From assembly GCA_021613535.1 (NCBI GenBank), contig CP075494.1, forward strand, positions 16,866,520 to 16,930,519: a DNA stretch of 64,000 bases, written 5' to 3'. How positions within the stretch are numbered: the stretch's first letter is position 1; each line of letters begins with the position of its first letter. The translations under genes were made by a program, and so were the position numbers. Of the stretch, positions 26,746 through 40,041 are shown piece after piece. Source of the stretch: Adineta vaga. Taxonomy: Eukaryota > Animalia > Rotifera. The notes beneath the pieces were generated by a model that was not told the DNA's origin, made no database searches, and worked only from the letters and a program-made list of their open reading frames with translations.

Positions 26746-29700
26746 TAAGCAAAAAAGCGCTATACATTACGTTATGTTAATTTGTCGAAGAAGACTAACT
26801 TTTAATGTTTCAATCTTCCAGTTTCTATGTTAACATGATGATGTCGTAATGCAGATCATATACAAAAAAGTCATATTCGATCGAATATGCAATAATACAT
26901 ATGAGTAACAAATATATACTAAAACTCCTGAGATTGTTTAACTGATCTCATATTAGAATAAATCTAATCGAATATTTCATTCGAATCACTAAAATAAACT
27001 CAATGACCAACGATAGAATCTCATAGTTACGTTGCAATAATGGATATTTTTTTCTCATTAAATGTTAAAAATGAGAAAAAAAAGAGTGAAAGAATAATCC
27101 ATAATTGATGAAATTCATAAAAAAAGATTTTGATAATTTTTTCTTTTTCAATTTTATGATAAGAAGAATCGTTTTTTTCAGAAAAATTGTTTTTGATATA
27201 GAATGTTCATTTGCTGAGATTATGATCTGAATCAATGATATTGCTTTCATTGAAATTTATCTCAAAACTAAAATTGAATGAAAACATCAAATTGATCTTG
27301 ACGTATCTTTTATTTTTGTCACTAAAATAAATCTTACCCTATTCTTTAGATTAAGCTGATATTTGCATTGATTTAAATGAAAAAGAACATGACTTACCTT
27401 GATATAATCGAGATAACAATTATTATTTCAAAAAAATAGAAAATTTATCGGTAAAATGATCGAAGTTAATAAAAGATGATATCATTATTTGATATAATGC
27501 CAGCCATAATCTTAGAACATGAATTATTTTCGATTTCTGATGTTTTGAATAACTTTTTTGAAATCTTACTGGTTGATCTCAGTTGGGATTGATGAACAAT
27601 AGCTCGAATGTTAAAGAAATGAATGATTATGTTGGAATATAAAGATTATTCTCCATTCTGTTTCTTATCTAGTCTTGAGAGATGATTATGCATGTACGCT
27701 AGATACTTGTGATGGCATTTTGTTTATTTTAAGTATGGATATGAATGAGCTCGCACTATTCGGATTTCATTTCTTTTTGTTTTCTTTCCGAACTGCGTGT
27801 TACATAAGAAATTCTTTATTAATGAACTATTTGTATACAAAATTGTAATTGAATTTTTTGTTGTTGATAGTTTTTAAGCTATATGGTGCTTTTATAAGAC
27901 AACATTTACCATATATTTCCTTTTTTTCTTATAATCGAACTGACCAACTTCTAAGAACTTGCAATGACCATGATGCTCTTGAACACGTTATTATTATAGA
28001 AATGACTATCAATGAATCTTGTACAGATATTTTTCTTTCGTTTATCTTTTTAAATCGATAGTTCGATACCTTTTTTTCTCAATCGTTTGAGTTTGATTCC
28101 GTTATTGTTTTGGAAAATTAAAATCGGAATTGCTTTTATGCATTCTGGTTGAAAACACGGATCTATTTAGAATTTCTATTAAAAAAATTGAGTCTATTAT
28201 GTTTTATCACATCTCGTCGAAGTTCGACGACATTTCAACATACTGACACAAAAAATATCAGTTGCTCTGTATATCACAAAAGAATTGTCTTCTAAACCGT
28301 GTGATCAATTGATCGATGATGCCAAGCTTTTAATAAAATATCTATCACTATATTAATGTGCTCATTCTCAACATCATTCAATTAAACTAAACATATATTT
28401 TTACTTATCAAAGTCCCTAAAAAAGGTCGGATTCTACAGCGGATCGATTCTAAATACCCTTATATATAATTGTACAATTTGATCATCTTATGTAGGTGAA
28501 TGTTGTCGGTACTTTTTCAAAATACTTTATGGCAATTCAGCGATGGCAAATCATACGCTACGATCCATGCTTTTGATTGGATAAACGATGTATAAAAAAA
28601 GAAGTAGCAAGACGTATTGTGTCGTGGAAGTAACGCTGTTGATATTGATCGTAGGAAAAGAAAACGTCGAATGAGTAAATACATGAACTGCTTCGCTATT
28701 TATAGTTCAACATGAGAGTGATTCATATCGCTTTATCTTTTGTTTAGTCTAGACTACTTCCTGTCAATCCCATTGATTAATGACAATAACCATATCTAAC
28801 TCTTCACTCATCAAGTGTTTCCTTTTCGACATCTTTTTCTTAACTATGAAGTTGATTTACTAATAGCATGTTTTCATCACTTCAAAGAGATAGAACCGTG
28901 CATTTTTCTTTTTCTTTTCGTTCTCTTTCTTATATGATGACTCGCCCAGATATGATGTGGTCAAATATAGGGATAACATATTAGCCATTAGAAAAAATCG
29001 TATTCTTCACAATAATAGATGGCGCTGGAAAACGGAATAACTTCAGAAAATTCATTTATTGCATTACAATCCAGTATACGTAACGTATGTCGAACATGAG
29101 TCATTAGTCTGTTTTTCTAAACGTACGGTTTTAATCATACCTATTTATGGATTGGTTAAGGATGCTAGGACGCGCCTTCTATGTACAAAACTTTAAAATA
29201 CTATACAATATATATTCGCTCATAAGAGGATGATGTCCTAGCGTTTTATTTACTAGTATCTGTTGTGGATTGGTTAAGGGCGCTACACTACTATAGAGGA
29301 AGTATAGAAATTCAGCAAGAACAGAAATTTGTTTAAAATAACAAACGATTGTTGTTTTTAACTTACTCATTAGCCCTTCCAAATGTTGTTCTATGAAGCT
29401 TTGAGCATTTTCACGAAAATGTTTTTTTGACCTTTGATCCTGACACAGACAAACAAACAAACGTACAAACTATTTTTTTTCATATGACCCTCCTTTCAGT
29501 CGAGGGAACAACAAACTAGTTTTTTGAAAAACCATTTAAAACACTTTTTATGTCAGACTGAACCTTTTTTGGTATACAATCATGAAGAGTGCTGTTGGTT
29601 TTTGACAGAACCCTCTTTGAGACGCAACCTTCTTGAGGGTTCTGAGTTTTACCAGCGGGCCAAACCCCTAAAAAGGTTCTGGAAAACTCCTTTTTTATTT

Positions 29701-29941
29701 TCAGAGTACTATGGATGGTTCGTCAGTTTTCAAAAAGTTCAGAACATTTTAAACTGAAACAATCATGATTTCATACAAATATTAAAGGTTTCGTGCTAGT
29801 TATCCGAAACCAATAACAAGTTCACGAATCTTTAAAACTTTCGAAGATTCGCCAGAAGTTCAGCATGTTCACTACTAAACTCGTGATGGCACAGTAAATT
29901 TTCTACTGATCCAAGGATAGATCGTGCTCGCTTTAAAAGAT

Positions 29942-29964
29942 NNNNNNNNNNNNNNNNNNNNNNN
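29942..29964. other. Assembly gap (23 N)
   Basis: Run of N. Confidence 1.
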
Positions 29965-30075
29965 TTGGTGATAAATTTGTTGCGTTTCTTTACAAAAGTA
30001 GAATTAAGTTTTAATGGTGTTTGCTTTATTACTATCTATGACTTATAGCTAACAGTGTGACAGAGACAGAGCCTC

Positions 30076-30313
30076 TTGTTCCCTCGACTGAAAGGAGGGT
30101 CATATGAAAAATAATAGTTTGTATGTTTGTCTGTGGGTGTCAGGACCAAAGGTCAAAGGTCAAAAAAACATTTTTTTTTTGAAAATGCTTAAAACTTCAT
30201 AAAACATCGTTTGGTAAGGATTACGTTAGGAACAAATTAAAAACCAATTATCGGTCGTAATTTCGAAACAAATTTCTGTTCTTGGTCAATTTCTACACTT
30301 CCTCTATAGTAGT
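30076..30313 (+). mobile_element. Truncated HINE family A (5' end)
   Basis: Same 5' terminus; similar to the rc of 29290-29511 as far as CTTCCTCTATAGTAGT, where the next copy begins. Confidence 0.75.
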
Positions 30314-31444
30314 AGTTCCCTCGACTGAAATGAGGGTCGTATGAAAAAAAAAAGTTTGTATGTTTGTCTGTCGCAGGTCAAAGATCAAAGATCGCGGCTT
30401 GCAAGATGCACAGAATCTTGAAGTCCTGTACGAGGGGGCACCATTGGTCACTCAAGTTCTACCGTATAATGGTACCCATATGTCGTTTTGTACGTTAAAA
30501 ATCTAAATGCACTGTAATGTAGAAGATGCAATTGTGAATCTAACTAGCGGAGAGTTTTGGTGAAATCGGTAAAAGTGAGTGGTTTTGCTTTTGGTTCAGT
30601 CTTCCCTAGTATATGCAGGACAACCTCTGAGAAAGAGAAATATCTTTGAAAAGTCATTCCATAATGTGTTTCAAACGGACACATCTAGCAAATCTTTTGC
30701 GCTTTATAGCTTTTCATGGAAATAGAACTGATAAAAGATTAGAAACTAAATGCAGTTGTTGCGCTTGAAATTGAACTATGAGAAAACGATAGATCGTTAG
30801 GGAAACCTGGGAACGATTGGCCGTGAGTGGTCGACCGGAGGGAGACCGACGAACGACCAGTCATTTATTCAAGAACTTTTTTTAATACAGAACATCGAGC
30901 ATGGAACCTAAACTGTCTCGGATGATTTTTCAAAATAACTGAGTCGATTTTGTTCATGTGACGAATGCGGTAGGATATCCGTTTCTCAAAACAGAACAGA
31001 AAATAAAGACAAATAAATCAAATAAAGCATATCATTTTAACGTGTATGTATGTATGTATGTATGTATGTATGATACGTGAATGAGTGGTCTAGTGTTTTA
31101 ATTGTAGTTCACGTTATGCTGGTCGCGAGAATAAGCCACGAATAGTCATGAGGTGCCAGCAGGAGAAAGACTGAAAAACGGCTAAACGCTGATGTTAGTG
31201 GCATGATTAATGCAATGCGTTGGAGATTGTATGCTTTGAATACTCTCGAATGACTATATCCAGAAGAAAAAATATTTGCTAATAAGAAATTGGACGTTAG
31301 AACCGTGGTTTGTTTCGAGTATGCCTTGTTCATAAAAATATACACTTCCAAAGAAAAACCTTATAGGGAAAATAATGAATCAATTCCATTTTTAATCCAT
31401 CAGTCGAGGGTTAAGCGAGTCTGGCTCGACGAGCGTTACTAGTT
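30314..31444 (+). mobile_element. Complete-looking HINE family A (~1.1 kb)
   Basis: 5' TTCCCTCGACTGAAATGAGGGTC; 3' CAGTCGAGGG (31401-31410), hairpin and GCGTTACTAGTT; internal (TATG)n at ~31044-31073. Confidence 0.78.
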
Positions 31445-32870
31445 CATAAAATTCCTGAGACTTTTGATCTAAAGAGTCTCTTAGGACTATCATGAAGTCG
31501 TCTTCTTTGTCAAACATTTTCTCACCCAAGTCAGTCGTAAGTGGACGGAACCAATGTTTGTTAGTAAGAGCTAGAGATGGGTGCGGTTCGGTTTTTCAAC
31601 CGAACCGAACCAATCAGTTCAAACCGATACTTATGAAACCGACATCAGTTTCGGTTCGGTTGAATTTCTACTTAAAACTGATTCAACTTAGGCAATTACC
31701 AATATCGACCTAAATGCAATTGGAATCCCATTATCTGGTATTTTTGTTGCTAGATCTGAAGCCTGGGAAAATGAAGGTTTGAGATGAGAATCAAAGGGAT
31801 ATATCTTAGAATATATGAAATAAAGCATATATTTATAGGAAATTGGTGTGCAATCACAAGAACCTCAATATTTTTATAAGTATGTTTTTGTTCAAAAGTC
31901 GTACCGCCAAAACTGACAACTTCTGATTATAGATTAAAAATTAGTTTATAAAAACTCGGAAGTTTATACTGCGTGTCTTTTTATAAATGTGTCCTAATGT
32001 AGAATATATTGAGAGAGCAGTACCTTTTTTCACTTTTCGGAAAAACTTTTTAATTCTTTAAAAGCGTTACGAATGCTTTCTAAAACTGCCTATGACTTTT
32101 CAAAATTGTGTGAGACGTTCCACCATATTTTGAAGTGTTCTTATATATTTGCCGAAAATTTTAAAGTATTCGTATCTTTCTGAGAAAAGGTGCAAACTTT
32201 GTGCTCGATTAACAAAGTCATATATGCCCCAGGATAGTCATTTGTCAATACTCAACACTCAACTAATGCTGATTTTGGAATTCATATTATTTGGTAAATT
32301 GTTTTTGGACGAGAAGTGTTCATTTAGAATGGATAAGATCCCACACTTTCGATTGATATACTTTCATGAAAGTAACTGTTTATGCAAACAATAACAAACG
32401 AACTACAACTAACGTTAACAAATCTTAGTTTCTACTAAGCAACTTTTTTACACATATATAGTTCGGTTCGGATCGGTCCGGTTCTATTTTTGACAGCATC
32501 GGTTCGGTTCGGTTCAAATTCTCTTCTCAAAATTTTCATCGGTTTTGGTTCGGATTGCAAAAAATATTTCTGTTGCGGTTCTGTTTAAATTTTGAAAAAT
32601 GCGAACCGTGTCCACCTCTGGTAAGAGCCAAGTTTGAAGAACATGACTGATGTGAAAGCATAGTTTATCTGCGCTTCAGCACTTTTTTACAAATCAAATC
32701 TGCAATATGAGCTTTGGTGTTCTCATGGAGAAGTAAGCCTTGTTTTGCTGCCCTCCAAGTTTTTCTACAATTCACTCGAATTGCTGACATTAAAAATCAG
32801 TATTAACAGTGCTAACAGCGCTGGAGCAATTCTCTCAATGAGTTTCGCTCTATACGTGCCAATAAGTGCT
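31445..32870 (-). pseudogene. Decayed mariner-type transposase, interrupted by a hAT MITE
   Basis: Hand translation of the minus strand gives TVNTDF*CQQ, LLLHENTKAHIA, LSHQSCSSNLALT-NKHWFRPL...KMFDKEDD...KSQEFY. These match mariner INA.FYCQQL / LHDNARPH / PHPPYSPDLAPSDYHLF. Confidence 0.65.
31572..32620. mobile_element. Non-autonomous hAT element
   Basis: 8-bp TSD GTAAGAGC (31564-31571, 32621-32628); termini TAGAGATGGGTGCGGTTCG / rc CAGAGGTGGACACGGTTCG; sub-terminal (CGGTT)n. Confidence 0.88.
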
Positions 32871-33139
32871 CAACATAACTATCTTTATATGAAATTTCTT
32901 TCTCGGTATTGTTATGCCATTTTGTCCAAATCGCAGCTACTGTTGCTTGCGACTGTCGTTGACATATATTACACTGTTAAAGGAACAGCAGAATACAGAA
33001 CTCTAGTTTTTTGCTTCACATGCTATAAACTCATTGAGCGTTTTCGTCAATCTATTAAACGCTTAAAAGGTTAATTACCCGAAGAGTTTCTGAAAGCAAG
33101 GATATATACAACTAAAGAGTTCATGACACTAAAATCTAG

Positions 33140-33670
33140 CGAGAAAAGATTTACATTCTACTCTTAGGAGGATATTAATCTATGTTCTACTTCGATGGTT
33201 TTGTATTTTTCGATTAAGGGTAGATTGGTCTATGGATGATGACAGAGAATTCTGTGTTCGTCGGTCAAAGGTAGATCAGTATACGCATCCCAAAGAAGAT
33301 TCCTTAGCTTTTCGCAAAATGTAGACTAATATATGGATGATCAAAAAGGGTTTTGTATTCCTCAATTCAGGATAGATTAATATACTGATAACCATGAAGG
33401 GTTCTATATTCCTCAGTTGAGAACGCATTAAACTACTGATGATCATGAAGGGTGTCGTGCGGTTCGGCTAAGGATAAATCAATATACGTATGATTGAAAA
33501 AGGTTTCATATGCCTCGGTGAAGAGTAGAATGATGCATAGACTATCGTGCAGAGTTCTGTATTGTTCAATTAGGAGTGCATCAATCTACAAAAAACCACA
33601 AACAGTTTTGTGTTCGATGGTTACGGTAAGACTGACCTTGGGCTAATCACGAAGGATCTTATATAGGTGA
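33140..33670 (-). repeat. Degenerate 51-bp tandem repeat (~10 units), decayed 17-aa repeat coding sequence
   Basis: A GGGTTYTRTATTCC-like motif recurs every ~51 nt (~33195 to ~33655). The minus strand reads e.g. TDLPLTDEHRILCHHP*, STEEYRTLHGYQYINLS*, IEEYKTLFDHPYISL. Confidence 0.65.
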
Positions 33671-33819
33671 TCCAACAACATTTTGATATACATTTCGAAC
33701 CACGCAGTATATGGTATAATATTAAGTTAATAGCTTTTCTTTTTTTGTGATAGTTAGAGGCATCGTGGGATTGTTCTAAAGGATTGAGTTTATCATGTAT
33801 GAAGCACTGACTTTTAGAA

Positions 33820-34196
33820 ATCGGTGTGAAGCTAGCACGACGGAGCTAGCACGACGAAACAAAGATTTAGCTAAAACGTCTTTTATAAAGTAAGTCCCGT
33901 CCATAAAAACGAATACATTCGACTCAGAATTTAATTCTGCATCGAATGGTGCTACTTTTATTATTCACGGGGCAAGCTTTGGGAAAAGTTTTACTTACAT
34001 CTTTATTTTCCTCCTGTGTAAGAGAAAAAAACCTAGATAAAATTTTTCCAAAGCTTGCCCCGTGAATAATAAAAGTAGCACCATTCGATGCAGAATTAAA
34101 TTCTGAGTCGAATGCATTCGTTTTTATGGACGGGACTTACTTTATAAAAAGTGTTTTAGCTAAATCTTTGTTTCGTCGTGCTAGCTTCACATCAAT
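33820..34196. mobile_element. Foldback MITE, Mutator-like
   Basis: ~150-bp near-perfect inverted arms around a ~45-bp spacer; 9-bp direct flanks CTTTTAGAA (33811-33819, 34197-34205). Confidence 0.88.
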
Positions 34197-35024
34197 CTTT
34201 TAGAACTGGTCTTCCATCGTAATCGTTCGCATCTAGATAGTATGAACTCAGATTATGTAAATACTAATGACTGGTCCTTCTATTATAGACGTATTGAAGA
34301 TAATTTAGCCCGAGTTTCAGTTATGTCACTTGGAAAATTCCTTTTCATGATCTCAGAGCGTTGTTTTTAGGCAAGGAAATTCTCGTGTGTTTCTTTTGCT
34401 TGTGAAAAGCATTCATTGTTTCTTCATATCAAAATTTAGACAACCATCTTGGAGTACTTCTCAACTGAGTGCTACAGAATATCACCGTTCCTGTCACATT
34501 GGCGCACGAATCAATAGCTCGTCAATTCTTAGCTTAACTATAGTTAATGTAGTTCTTGATGTTAAGGCTTTCGTGGCTTTTTGACAGCTGGAATTATGTA
34601 AATCAATTCGCTACATTTCGCAGATTTCAGAGCACAAAACAAGATTTGATTGTGTCTCGAAGTCAATGAACCCCTCAAGTGTTGAAAGACTTTCACATGC
34701 CTTCGGAGATTCTAGCCATTTAGTATCCTCGAATAAGCGTACATCTATAAGTATCAGAAACTCTCGCAACTTCGAGATATATTTCAGACAACTCTAAGAG
34801 TTTCTGAGAATCAAGGTAATATTTGCCAACATTAAGGATTATCAATCTAAAATTGTAGTATATTAAGGAAAAGGAATTTTTCGTCCACTTACATTCGAGA
34901 TAATACTCTTCCATTTTGATCAATTCATTTTAATGATACTACGCTAATTGATATAATACCCATCATACGTTACACAATACTATTGCGATTTAATATTGGT
35001 TTCGTCACACAATCGTTTTTTCCT

Positions 35025-35175
35025 CAGCAGTGTCACATATTCCGCAGATCGGGGATGCATCCTCATCTCCTGCGGAAGATGAGTCCGTATCCATTGGGAG
35101 ATGCAGTATTTAGTGCGGGATATGCGGCTATCTAATAGTGAGGGTGCGCATTCTGCGGGATATGTGACACCACTC
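35025..35175. mobile_element. Small MITE
   Basis: GTGTCACATATTCCGCAGA ... TCTGCGGGATATGTGACAC inverted ends. Confidence 0.6.
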
Positions 35176-35307
35176 TTTTTTCCAAAAAGCTATGTGCTGT
35201 TTCCAGCATAGTCAAGAAACAAGTGTCGAAATACAGTTTCAGTTTGATATCCAAAAATTATCTTGCTCCTTTTCAACCAAATAAAGTAATTTTGTCTTTT
35301 TCATTAA

Positions 35308-36235
35308 CCCTTTACGGCCGGCTAGCAGAAAATAACAATAAAAATGTTAATACTGCATATTCTTTGTCGTTTATGTATGGGGGTTACTCAGTTCCAACAT
35401 GAGCTTTCAAGAACTAGGTCAAGAGCCATTTCATAAAATTAATAAAGTTAGATTCTGAGAAAGATATTTTGTCTATTCATAGTTATGGCTATATATTTCA
35501 TATTATGTTATAAAGATATCATTAATTTTATCAAGTTTCTCTAAAAGTGCTCATCAATTCAGCGGGATTTCGATCCAATTTAAAGCACATCATAGTGTTC
35601 TTATGAAGCCTACCATAAAGTATCACAGATTTCGTTAGAATCTAATTGATAAGCACTTTTAGAGAAACTTGATAAAATTAGTGAAATTTAGAGTATTTTG
35701 ATCAACATTGAAGGTTTATTGAAATATATAGTACCGTAACGCTTCATGAGATGGACGAAGGAACTAAGTATGCTTTTCTTTGACAATATAGAATACAACT
35801 AACAACAACCTATTGAACTTTTATGGGAAACAATTGACTGACTTTTCTAACCTGTTTGTACCCTTACGGCCGGATGTTACCTAAAAGTAACATGTGGATA
35901 TTCTGTAGTCCTAGTGTACAGATTAATCCATCTTAAAAGCCTGATAAATAATGGAGTCGGATACGAAAATTAACCACTAGTCACCTCTCATATGGGATGC
36001 TTGGACAAGCGATGCGAAGGTCATTTTCGATCGGAGGCTCTTTTAGATGTTTCCGGGAAAATTTCTCCCACTCGCCAACAATAGGCTATTCCTTTCTCCT
36101 ATATGCATAGATTCGTGCTAAATACGTGTAGTTAATTATCAAATAGTTTAAGAAACTATATCTCTTTATCCTAAGACAAATTCTAAATTGATATTAGTAA
36201 AATATTACCTAACGGTAACATCCGGCCGGAAAGGG
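35308..36235. mobile_element. piggyBac-like non-autonomous element
   Basis: TTAA flanks; CCCTTTACGGCCGG / rc CCCTTTCCGGCCGG; an extra internal left TIR at 35861; internal inverted repeat at ~35520-35685. Confidence 0.72.
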
Positions 36236-37574
36236 TTAAATAGGAAGTGATATAATGTCTTCTCTTTCATTATTGTTCAGTTAAAAAGAAGATACTCCTT
36301 GATTAATTATATGAGACGAATGAATATGTCTATTAGACGTATAAGAAATATCACGATTCTTTATTTTTTCGTTCACGTTCCGAGGAAAAGTTTCTGCGTT
36401 GTTGAGAGATTATTTATATTGTTTTATCGCAGTATATCCTACATTATGAGAAAATGCTTGTTCTTTTGTTTAACTGAGAGACAGAAATGGCTTTTCTGTT
36501 TAATTTGAATGCAAAAATAGCTTTAAGCTCTTCTGCTTAATAGATATATGGAAATCAAGCCATTTTTATTTGTTTCAATTCTGAATAATAGATCCTTATT
36601 TATTCTTCCACTTGAACATAGATGACCGCATCTATCATTTACCTGCAACATAATACAGATTCTCGAATTTTCTTTCATTATGATAGATAAGAAAGTTTTG
36701 ATCTTTTTTATCATTTGAACCATACAAATAGACTGGAGGTTTTTCAATTATTTGCTTCATAAAGAGTGTCTATGTTTGTGTTTGTAATTAATCGACAAAA
36801 AAGTTCGTGATTTTTGTTAAGTTAACTCATAAGCGCAGATATGTGAGTTTTTTTTAGTTAGGATCTACGAATAGATCCTTTACGCCTCGTTTCACTCCGA
36901 TACAATTGCGGCGCCAGTTGTAGTTTAGTAAAGATTTGTCCAAACAGAATTTAGTTTTTCAGTGCATTAAATTCTAGAGTGAAAGTTTCTTTTATCTCGT
37001 TCAATAAGGTTATAAAGAGAGATTCCCATTGTAGTTTTGAGTCCAATAGTAGCAAAAATGCTACACTCGTTCGATGATTATTATTCAAAATCTACTTTAT
37101 AAAAATCAGTACCTAATCTTTGTGCATAAGGTGTTAAAGAATGTCAACAATCTCTCAAATCATCTTCGAACGAGATATATGGTTATTCATTCCGAAAGTT
37201 CTCGTGGATTTCTTAAAGCAAAGTTAATGTAACACTGTGCTAATGCGGAAATAACGTAATATGACACGGCGAGTGAGTAACTGTCAGCAGCTAGTGAAGC
37301 TAATTTTTGGTATTTATTGGAGTTTCTAATGTGTTTGTATGGATTGTGAGATAAAACTCACATAGTTTTTCCATATACGTACGTGTATATACATCTAGAC
37401 TGGGGTCCTGACTCCCTCATGACCTTTCTCAGGATCTAGAGGAGTGCCATGGAAAATTTGATGGCGCTACCTATTATAGAGACCGAATGCATAAAGAACA
37501 GACAAGCAAATAGACAAACAAAAATTCTTCTTTATACACATAAATATGGAAATTTCTTTTATAACTCAGCAATG

Positions 37575-37752
37575 GTACAACCGATTGGGCTCATCTTTGA
37601 ACTCGACCGAGATATCAATGAGACTAAACTTTGTAGAAAATTTCACCTCAGTCTGATTCTCCTTTCGAAAGTTATCGTGTTAACGGCCGGCCGGCCGGCC
37701 GGACATACTGACCGATTATAGTAGTGTACTCAAAAAGTGAGTACACTAAAAC
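37575..37752 (-). mobile_element. Terminus of a second HINE/DINE-like family
   Basis: TTTGAACTCGACCGAGAT..AAATTTCA..GTTATCGTGTTAAC core, (GGCC)n microsatellite and terminal hairpin TAGTGTACTCA-AAAAG-TGAGTACACTA (37722-37748). Confidence 0.6.
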
Positions 37753-40041
37753 GACTAGTTTTCATAAACAAATAACTATGGCAACTAGAAATATTAGCTA
37801 CTGTTATACCTTCTCAGAATGGTTGAGAATAACTCTTGCCATGTCAGAAAGACTTTTTCCAATGACTGAACCATGTTCTATAAAGGATCAGTATTCTATT
37901 TGAAAAAGTATTTCTCATAACCTTAGTAAAAATCAAATTGGAAAATTTCATCAATTATCTATGAAATTATATTGATTGATACTGAAAAGTTTAGTCATAT
38001 TTTATGAAAGTCAACGTTTTTGTTCGAATGATTCTTCTCTGGAGCACAAACTCATATTAAAGAAATTTAACGAATTTTATTGGCTCCGAAGATATCCCCA
38101 CGACTTTTACGAAATTTATAGAGCTCTTTAAGTTGACTTTCGCTGGTAGGAAAATGTCGTAGCGTTGTGCTGTTAGTTTGCTTCAATAATTTAGTAACCT
38201 AATATAGAATAAAATTAGTGTTAGCAGAAAAACTAGAACGTCTTAATGACGGTTCAAAAATAGGGAAGAATAGAAATAAAAGTATAGTCAATGCTCCTTC
38301 CGAATATACGTATTCAAAAGATTCTTCTATAATCACATTTAAGAAAACATAAGATACTGACGTTTTATTTGCGACCATATGAATGCGGAAAACAGCCAAC
38401 TAAATCGAAATATGAAGTTATTATTTTTCTATATTTACTAGTAAATATATTTACTTTACAAAAGTAAATGGTAAATGTTTTATTTACGATTTACTAGTAA
38501 AGTAAAAGTAAAGTGCCACTCCTACTGTGTATATAATGTGTTAATTTGACAATTTAGTTCAATTTTGTTTAGAAAGTATAACATCCGACTCAAGGTAAAA
38601 TATATCTTGAAGGTGTGGGTGTGAAGTTGAGAGGAAGGATGGTTATGTGAAAACCAGTATTGTATTTTCGACATTGGTTATCACAGTACGAGAGTTGAAA
38701 TAGCGAAAGGTGCTAAAGGAACTAAAGGGAGTAAAAGGACTGAAGGCACTAAAGGTACTAAAGGGAGTAAAGGGAGAACATGATAGTACTTCATGTAGAA
38801 AAATACACCAGGATAAACTAAAATTTTCGTGGACCCCTCATTGTTAGATCTTGATTCCCTTTCAAGTCATGACCTTACGTATTTTTTGAGAACTTAACGA
38901 GCTACGTCTATATCAGAAAACGATCATGGCCATTGATGATCTTTATTCAGAGTCAATATCATTCCAATCATAATCCTAATGATTGGTTGAAAGATGACTG
39001 ATGGCATCGGCTATTGTTGAGTATTAACATTGTGTAACGTCTATCAGTATATCTATATTCATTGTAAAATATTATCTAAGTGAAGCACCAGAAGTCCTTG
39101 GAAAAAGGGTATTCTTTGTTTTAATAGACATTGTTAATAAAGTTCTTCGTATAATTTCATTTAGTTATAGTAAGCAACTCAATCATAATAATGAGCATTG
39201 TGTAAGTGTTACTTGTTTCACTGATAGTTCTTTAGTCAAGATCTTCAACTGTTCACACAGTATTTTGTAATAAATTCAAACATAGAAGAAAATAGTCTGC
39301 ATTCCTGATATTCAGATCAACTCCCACAGTCATTTTTCTTTAGAACAGTCATTATCGTTATGGCTAGAATAATACCCATTTTCGCTATAACTCAATAACA
39401 ACCACCTACGTTTTCTCCTTAACTCCTTATGCCTTACAAAATACACGAAAATCACGATTTGACAGCGATGTTTCATCTACATATGTTCTTTACTAGTTAT
39501 AACGTAAAAAGATTCAGTTTTGTGATCAAGTGATATGTATTTCGATGCTTTCTACTTTTCCAGACTAAAGTAGAAAAAACAGATCTCGTGTCTTTTTAGT
39601 ACTTGAATTATAAGCGCCATTACTTCGTCAGATATAACACATCAATATATTCCAATTTTTGGAATACATCGTTTGTGAAAAGAGTTTGTTGTTTTGTGTT
39701 ACGGTGAGAAATACCAGAAAATCTTATTCTCTCGCTAAATTGTAATACAGAATAGACTTGTTCTTTTTTCGAGAGTGAGACGACTTAAACCGGCTTTCGA
39801 TCTTTTTTAAGGCTCCTATTAAAACAAATATATTTTTATTTTTTACCATTTTAGTCAGTAATATCACTGAAATTTTTACGCCAGTTATATTCTAGGCGAA
39901 GCATCCCATATTATGAATAATAGTCTCAAAGACGCAAGGTGGTTTCTAGAGCCAGATAAAAATTGTAAGTTGTGGTTAATCCTAAAGTTCTATCCAGTTG
40001 CAGACAGCAGGAGCACGCACTGAACTGAAGGTGTTGCGAAA

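Larger units (their letters stand above)
11654..29511 (-). mobile_element. ~17.9-kb Helentron-type rolling-circle transposon (decayed) with nested insertions
   Basis: 5' terminus (rc of TTGTTCCCTCGACTGAAAGGAGGGTCATATG plus microsatellite) at 29421-29511. 3' terminus (rc of CAGTCGAGGG sub-TIR, CGAG..CTCG hairpin, GCGTTATTAGTT) at 11654-11697. Both are co-oriented with the Rep/helicase ORFs. Confidence 0.78.

Noticed and set aside
29520-29710. Isolated CACT-family MITE ends (also ~3940, ~40496, ~40674)
   Set aside because: Only single termini are recognisable, so boundaries cannot be supported.
33140-33670. Regularly spaced repeats as a CRISPR array
   Set aside because: Units are degenerate along their whole length with no repeat/spacer alternation; eukaryotic context and no cas genes.
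38705-38778. 9-bp repeat reading as collagen-like KG(A/T/S) triplets
   Set aside because: Only ~8 units, closed by stops, with no supporting exon structure; treated as a minisatellite.
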